Of a DNA stretch of 64,000 nucleotides, positions 58,319-64,000 are shown one piece after another. Origin of the DNA: Rebecca billardiae RCC1528 (taxonomy: Eukaryota > Protista > Haptophyta); NCBI GenBank assembly GCA_965240325.2, contig OZ251222.1:2790001-2854000 (forward strand). The letters run 5' to 3'. The position numbers and the translations under genes are program-made. Each line of letters begins with the position of its first letter. Position 1 is the first letter of the stretch. Under the pieces are notes generated by a model. The model ran no database searches and had not been told where the DNA came from. It worked only from the letters and a program-made list of their open reading frames with translations.

Positions 58319-61300
58319 CGGCGGTGGCGGTGCTGCGGCGGTGGCAGCGGGCGCGGCCTCCGCCCCCGCCGCCGCCGCTGCCGATGGCGACGGCTCGCAG
58401 CCCACGGCCGATGCGGACGCGCCGCGCACTGGCGGCGGTGCCCAGGTGCCGCCTGCGCTGGCAGGCGTCTCCACGGGCGCGGCGACGGACGCCGCGGACA
58501 CTGCCGCCGGCGCAGCCGCCGCCCCAGCCAGCGCCAAGACCGCCGTGGGCGCGGACGCTGCCGCTGGGCGGGTGACCGGCTCTGCGGGCGCGGCCGCGCA
58601 CTCCACGGCCGGCGCGGCCGCTGCGCCGAGCGCGGACCGGCTGATGTGCCTCGCGGTGGTGCACCTGCTCCAGCCGCCCGCGCACCGCCCGGCCGGGAGC
58701 GAGCCGCACGACGACCCCTCGCCACCGCCGCCGCCGCGCAGCCCGCCCTCCGCCCTCGCGGCCGCGGCGGCCCGGTCGGAGCAGCGAGCGTCGCCGCATG
58801 GGGTGAGCGTGGCGGCGGCGGCGGCTGTGGCGGCCGAGGGCGCGGCGAGCGCAGAGGAGCTCGCCGAGCTGCGCGCGCGCGCGCGGGAGCAGCTGGGCGC
58901 CATCACGCACGCGCACCTCGCGCTCAAGGCCGAGCAGGACGGCGCGTGCGCGCAGGCGCTCGCGGCGCGCCGCGCGCGAGAGTGCGCGCGCGCGCTCGGC
59001 CGCGCGCTCGAGCTCGCGGCAGCCGGCGCGGCGGAGCTGGCGGGCGGCGGCGCGGGGGGCGGCGTTGCGGACGCGGTGGAGGGCGATGCCGCCGGCGCGA
59101 CGGACGGCGGCGGGCTGCGCACGCACCCGCGGCACGAGCAGTACGCGCGCTGGCTCGCCTCGCTCCGCGCCGAGCCGCGCGCGCTCGCGGCCGCGCTCGT
59201 GAGTACAGGGCTGGCGGACGGCCGCGCGCCCGCGCTCGCCGAGGCGGTGGCGGAGCGCGCGCTGGGCCGCTCGCTGTTCGGGTGCGCGCGGTGGCACGCG
59301 TCCGACGCGCGCGCGCTCGTCGAGTTCGGCGCGTCGCTCGCCACCGAGCTGCTGCGCCGCCAGCTGGATCGGCGATGGGCGCACGGCGCGGCGCCGCCCG
59401 CCCGGCCGGGCGTGTGCCCGGCGGTGCCGGCGCGCGCGCAGCTGCAGGCGGCGCGGTCGATGCTGGCGAGCGCGCCGTTCGCGGCGCGGCTGCTGCAGCA
59501 CCTCGCGCACACCGCCCTCACCGCCGGCGCGGACGGCGCGGCGGGCGCCGCGTGGCTGCCCTCCGCGCTGCCGGCCGCGCGCGCGCTCGCTTCGCGCTCG
59601 GCCGCGGCCGCGTGCGCGCACCCTCCGCTGCTCGTCGACGCGCTGGCGTGCTACGAGGCGCTGGACGAGGCGGAGCGCGGCCGCGTGGACGCGGCGGTGG
59701 AGCGCGGTGAGTGCGAGTCGATCGCCGACTCGGACGAGGTCTCCCTCGCGCTCTCCGCGCGCTCGACCGCGCTGTGCGCCGCGTGTGAGTCCGTACTCCG
59801 CGCGCTGTGCGCACGCGCGTCTCGGATGCCGCCGCTGCTGCGGGCTCTGGTGGCGCGCGTGTTCGCGGGGTCGCGCGCGCTCGGGCTGGGCACGCGCGCG
59901 GCGCGGCTCGCGTGCGCGCAGCTCCTCGTGCAGTGCGTGCTCACGCCCGCCGTGCGCGCGCCCGAGGCGTGGGGTCTCTCCCCGAGCCACGCGCGCGTGA
60001 GCGGCCGCGCGCGGCGTGACCTGGCTGCACTCGCGATCGCGCTCGAGCTGCTCACGTGCAGCGAGGAGGACGAGGAGGAGGAGGAGGAGGAGGGCGTGGG
60101 CGCGGAGGGCGCGCCGACGACGCGTGCCGACGCGCCCGCGCCCGCCGACGCCGCCGGCGCGCCGCCCGCGCCCCCGCGCGCGCAGCTCGCGCCGCTGCGG
60201 CGCGCGCGCACGCAGCACGCCGTGTTGGCGTTCCTGACGCCTCAGCTGATCGCACTCGGGCGGGAGGCGAGAGAGGCGCTGGCGTCGGCGGGCGGGAGCC
60301 TCGCGCTGCCGCAGCGCGCCGCCGACGGGGGCGACGGCGGCGGCGACGAGGGCGAAGACGGCGCAGACGACGGCGGCGCGGCCGTCGCGCGGCGCGCGCT
60401 CGACGACGCGTGCGCACCGCTCGCCCGCTCCGCCGGCGCGCACCGCGGCGCGGCCGAGGCGGAGGGCGAGCCCTGGGGCACAGGCGCCGAGCCACCGGCC
60501 GCGCACGCTCGCGCCGCGCTCGAGCTCGTCGCCCTCGACGCGCGAGAGCTCGGCCTCCTCGAGTCGCTCGCGTCGAGCTCCGAGCCGGCCGGGCTGGGTC
60601 GGGCGCTGGCGGAGCGGGGCCTGGGCGCGGCCGCAGCCGCCGGCGGGGCGGCGGGCGGCGCGGACGGGCGCGCGGCGGTGGAGGCGCCGAGCGGGCCGGC
60701 GGCCGTGTACGTGTTCGTGCTCGGCGGCGACGGTGGCGTCGGCCCCGCCGCCGATCGCGCCGCGCGCCTCGCCCAGCAGCCCTCGGCAGCGCCAACGCCG
60801 CCGCCGCCCAAGGCCGCATCCGCAACCGTCGCCCAGCACACGGCCCGGCTGGCTTATCATGAGGCGCTTAGGCAGCCGGACGCGCTGCTCGGAGGCACGC
60901 GCTCGTTCGCGGACGAGGCGCGCGCGTGCGCGCTCGGCGCGCTGGCGCTCGGCGCGTGGGACCGCGCCGCGCAGCTGCGCGCGCTCGGCGCGGCTGTCGA
61001 CGGCCCGGCCGAGGCGCGCGCGGACGCTGGCGGCGGCGCGGCGCGCGAGGCGGGCGGCGCGGCCGCCGCGCGCGCTCGCGAGGCGGCGGTGCTGCGCGCA
61101 GTGCTCGCGCAGGCGGCGGCGCACGCGTCGCCTGCCGCGCTCGCGCGCCGCGCGGCCGCGCTGCGCGAGGCTCGCGCGCGCGCGCACGCCGAGGCGCAGG
61201 CCCTCGCCGACGAAGGTAGCCGGCTCGCCGCCGCGCTCGGCGCGCTCGCCGCCGCCGAATGCCTCGGGCGCGCGAGCGCGCTCGAGCCGAGCGGCGCGGC

Positions 61301-64000
61301 CGCGCAGCGCGTGTGCGCCGCGCTGCTCGGCGCGCGTGAGGCCTCGCGCCGCGCGTGCGCCGGCGCGCTGCCACGCGCCGAGCCGATGCCGTGCCACTGC
61401 CACGCGCCGATGGAGGCCCACTGCCCGCCGTGCGCGGCCGGTCTCGCACCCTTCCGCGAGAGCGTCGACGCTGCCGTCGGCGCGGCGACGCCGGCCGCGC
61501 CGCCCGCGCCGCTAAGCCGCTGGGCGTCGCACAGCGGCGGCAGCGCCGAGGCGCAGCTCGAGGGCGCGCTGCGCCGCGCCGCGGCCGATGCGCTCGCGGC
61601 CGCCCTGCTCCCCGCGCCCCTCAGCGCGCCGCACGCGCTCGACGCCCGCTTCGACGCGCACACGCGCGCGCTGCACGGCGCGGCGCGCGCGCGCCGGCTG
61701 CGCGGCTCAGACCTGGGTCTCGACGCGGCCGTTGGCGCGGGGTGCGACGCGGCGCTGTTCACGGGGGCGCGCGCCGCGCTGCGCCTCCTGCCCGCGCGGC
61801 CGCTCCCCTCCGACAAGCTCCGAGCCCTCCTGCGCGCGTGGGACGCGACCCTCGGCGTGCTCGGCGCGCTGCGCGCCGCGCCGTCCGCCGATGATTTCAT
61901 CCCGACTTTCGTCCTCGTGCTCATCCGAGCGCGCGTGCCCGGCTGCCTGGCGCACGTGACGCTCGCGGCGAACTGGGCGGCGCGGAGCGAGGCCGAGCTG
62001 ATGTGGCTGTGCCACACGCTCGCCGCGCTCAGCGCCCTCGGCAGCCTGCACCCTCGCGGCGGCGGCGCCCGCCTCGACGAGACCGTGTGGCGGGAGCTAA
62101 GCACGGCAGCGGACGCGGTGCGCGCGGCGCGCGAGGCGGCGGCCGCGCCGTCAGGGCACGAGCTGCTCGCCGCGCCGAGCGCGGGCGCGGAGGGCGGCGG
62201 GGCCGAGGGGTGCGACGATGGCTGGGCGAGCAGCGACGGCGGCGGCGATGACGACGACGGCTCCGGCCCCGATGGATCGGAGGCCGAGGCGGAGGCGGAG
62301 GAGGAGGCGGCGAGGGCGGGGTTGCAGCCGCCGCCAGGCACGCGCGCCGGGCGCGCCGCATCGGAGTGGTGGTCTGACGCGGAGCTGCGCGGCAGTGCGC
62401 TCGCTGCGCCCGCCGCGCCTGCGCCGCCATGCACCGCGGCGGCCGACGTGACCAGCGCGCCGACCGCTGCGCAGCCCGCCCCTGCGCGCGCGGGCGCGCG
62501 CGCGCACGGCGGCGGCGGCGCGCACGGCGCGGCGGCGACGACGCCGGCGGCGCACACCGGGGCAGCGACGGGGCTGGCGGCGGCGCTCTTCGGCGCGCGC
62601 CCGCCTCGCGCAGGGCCGCAGCACCGCAGCCCGCCGGGCGCGATCTCCGCGGCCGCTGCAGCCGCCGGAGGCGCGGACGCACCGAGTGCTAGCGCGGGCG
62701 CAGCGAGCACGGCCCAGCCGCCGGCGCGCGCGAGTGCCCCTCTGCCGCCGATCGCGCCCGCAACGGTCCTCAGCGCTGCCTCGGGGCCGCCCCGCGCGGC
62801 GGCGGGCACGGCGGCCGCGGGCGAGCACGGCGCGCGCACGAGCGCCACGCACGCACGCGCGGCCGGTGCGCGGCCCGCTGAGCCCGCCGCCGCGGCCGCG
62901 GCACCGCCGCCGCCGCCGAGCACACCCGCTGCGTGCCAGATTGCATCTGAGGTACGCGAGATTGCACCCGAGATCCAAGTCGCCGACCAGCTGGCGGCTA
63001 TGGGCTTCGCTCGAGACGCGGCCGTGGCGGCGTGCGCCCAGCTCGGGCCGGAGGCGAGCGTGGACGCAGCGCTCGAGCTCTTGCTCGCCGCCACCGCTTC
63101 CGCCGACACGGAAGCCGCGCACTCCGACGGCGGGGCCACGCCTCGCTCTGTGCCCGCCGCGGCGCCAGCGGACGACGCGCCGGCGGTTGGCTGGCGGGCT
63201 GCGAGGAGCGGCAGCTCTCCCGGGTGTGGTGGGGCTCACGCGGCCCGGCCGCACAGCGCCGCGTCGAGCGCGGCCGTGCCCGCGCGCACGCTCGCGCCCG
63301 ATGCGCCGCACCATGACCTCTTCGGCTTGCTCTCGCCAGACCCTGTCTCCTCTGGGCCGGCCGCGCACACGGCTGGCGGCGCGAGCGGCGCTGTTGCAGA
63401 GGCCGCGGCAGCGCTGCCGGGCGACGCGCAGCCATCCGCTCTGGAGGCCGCAGCGGGCGATGGCGGCGGTGGGCCGCCGGGCTGTGCACTCGGCGTGCAC
63501 TCGCATCCCGCCGACGCCCAGCCCCTCGCCTCAGCCGTCACCGCCGACGAGCTTGAGGCTCTGTTCGGAGGCGGCACGGCCGCGCCGCCGCCGCCGCCGC
63601 CGAGCGGCGCTCTGAGCGGCGGCGCAGCGCGCGCCGTGCCAACTTTGGCGGCGGCAGCGGGCGCGGGCGGCGCGCTGATCGGCGGTCTGGACGCGCCCTT
63701 CGGAGCGGGGACAGCGCCGCAGCCCGCGAGCGCGCACGCCGTGCCCGCCGCCGAGGCGGCCGAGAGCGACGACCCAACCACTTCCGCCCGCGTCCGCCTC
63801 CTGACGGCCATGGGCTTTGGTCGGGCGGAGGCGCTCCGCGCGCTCGCGCTCGCGTCCGGGGACGAGTCGGCGGCCGTGCAGCTGCTCCTCGACGGCACCG
63901 TCGCCGCGCTCGCCGAGGATGGCGACGGCGCGTCGCCTGACGGCGGGGCAGCCGGTCTCGGCACCTCGCCGCGCCCCCCAGCGCACGCCCAGCCTGGGCA
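55108..64000 (+). CDS. Giant GAPVD1/RME-6-like protein: two RasGAP-like regions, VPS9 domain and two UBA domains (3' end outside the window)
   Basis: Exon 1 is 55108-55174; intron 55175-55317; then an apparently continuous frame, absent from the ORF track presumably because it has no stop in the window. All domains I checked share that frame: VPS9 (PSDKL...SADDFIPTFVLVLIRA, ~61800-62050), UBA (QLAAMGF at 63000, LLTAMGF at 63810), RasGAP-like (LTPAVRAPEAWGL...ARRDLAALA, ~59940-60040). Confidence 0.8.
56865..56924 (+). repeat. (GGCGCG)n coding hexamer repeat (Gly-Ala)
   Basis: Direct reading. Confidence 0.9.

Overview
Eukaryotic, very GC-rich nuclear DNA with short GT-AG introns (about 95-155 bp, donors typically GTGCGC/GTGAG) and a bipartite plastid-targeting peptide. 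This fits a haptophyte, possibly a Pavlovales alga such as Diacronema; the taxon is my inference. About 21 protein-coding genes are supported. Core genes: mitochondrial ribosomal mS35, PanB, GST, gluconolactonase, Cdc15/SepH-like kinase, OHP/HLIP, and two SKA1 copies encoding identical proteins. Fusions and signalling or immune-like genes: chorismate mutase fused to a degenerate prephenate dehydratase-ACT, a membrane TIR-like protein, F-box/LRR, a nucleotidyltransferase-HAD fusion, EDR1-kinase-ARM, TPR-CHAT, and a giant GAPVD1-like gene that runs off the window. The standout is a 9.2-kb, 10-exon gene (2979-12154, minus strand) for a ~2728-aa type-I membrane protein. It has nine tandem domains resembling the coral skeletal SAARP/CARP4-type fold, joined by Ser-Pro extensin-like linkers, with a poly-Asp stalk. 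Each repeat carries an intron at the same position, and eight of the nine introns are near-identical. Also present are a recent complex SKA1 duplication, a decayed copy of a bidirectional promoter, two candidate TA-flanked non-autonomous DNA elements, palindromes and microsatellites. Most long antisense ORFs in the track are GC artefacts. All homology calls are from motif recognition by memory, not from searches.
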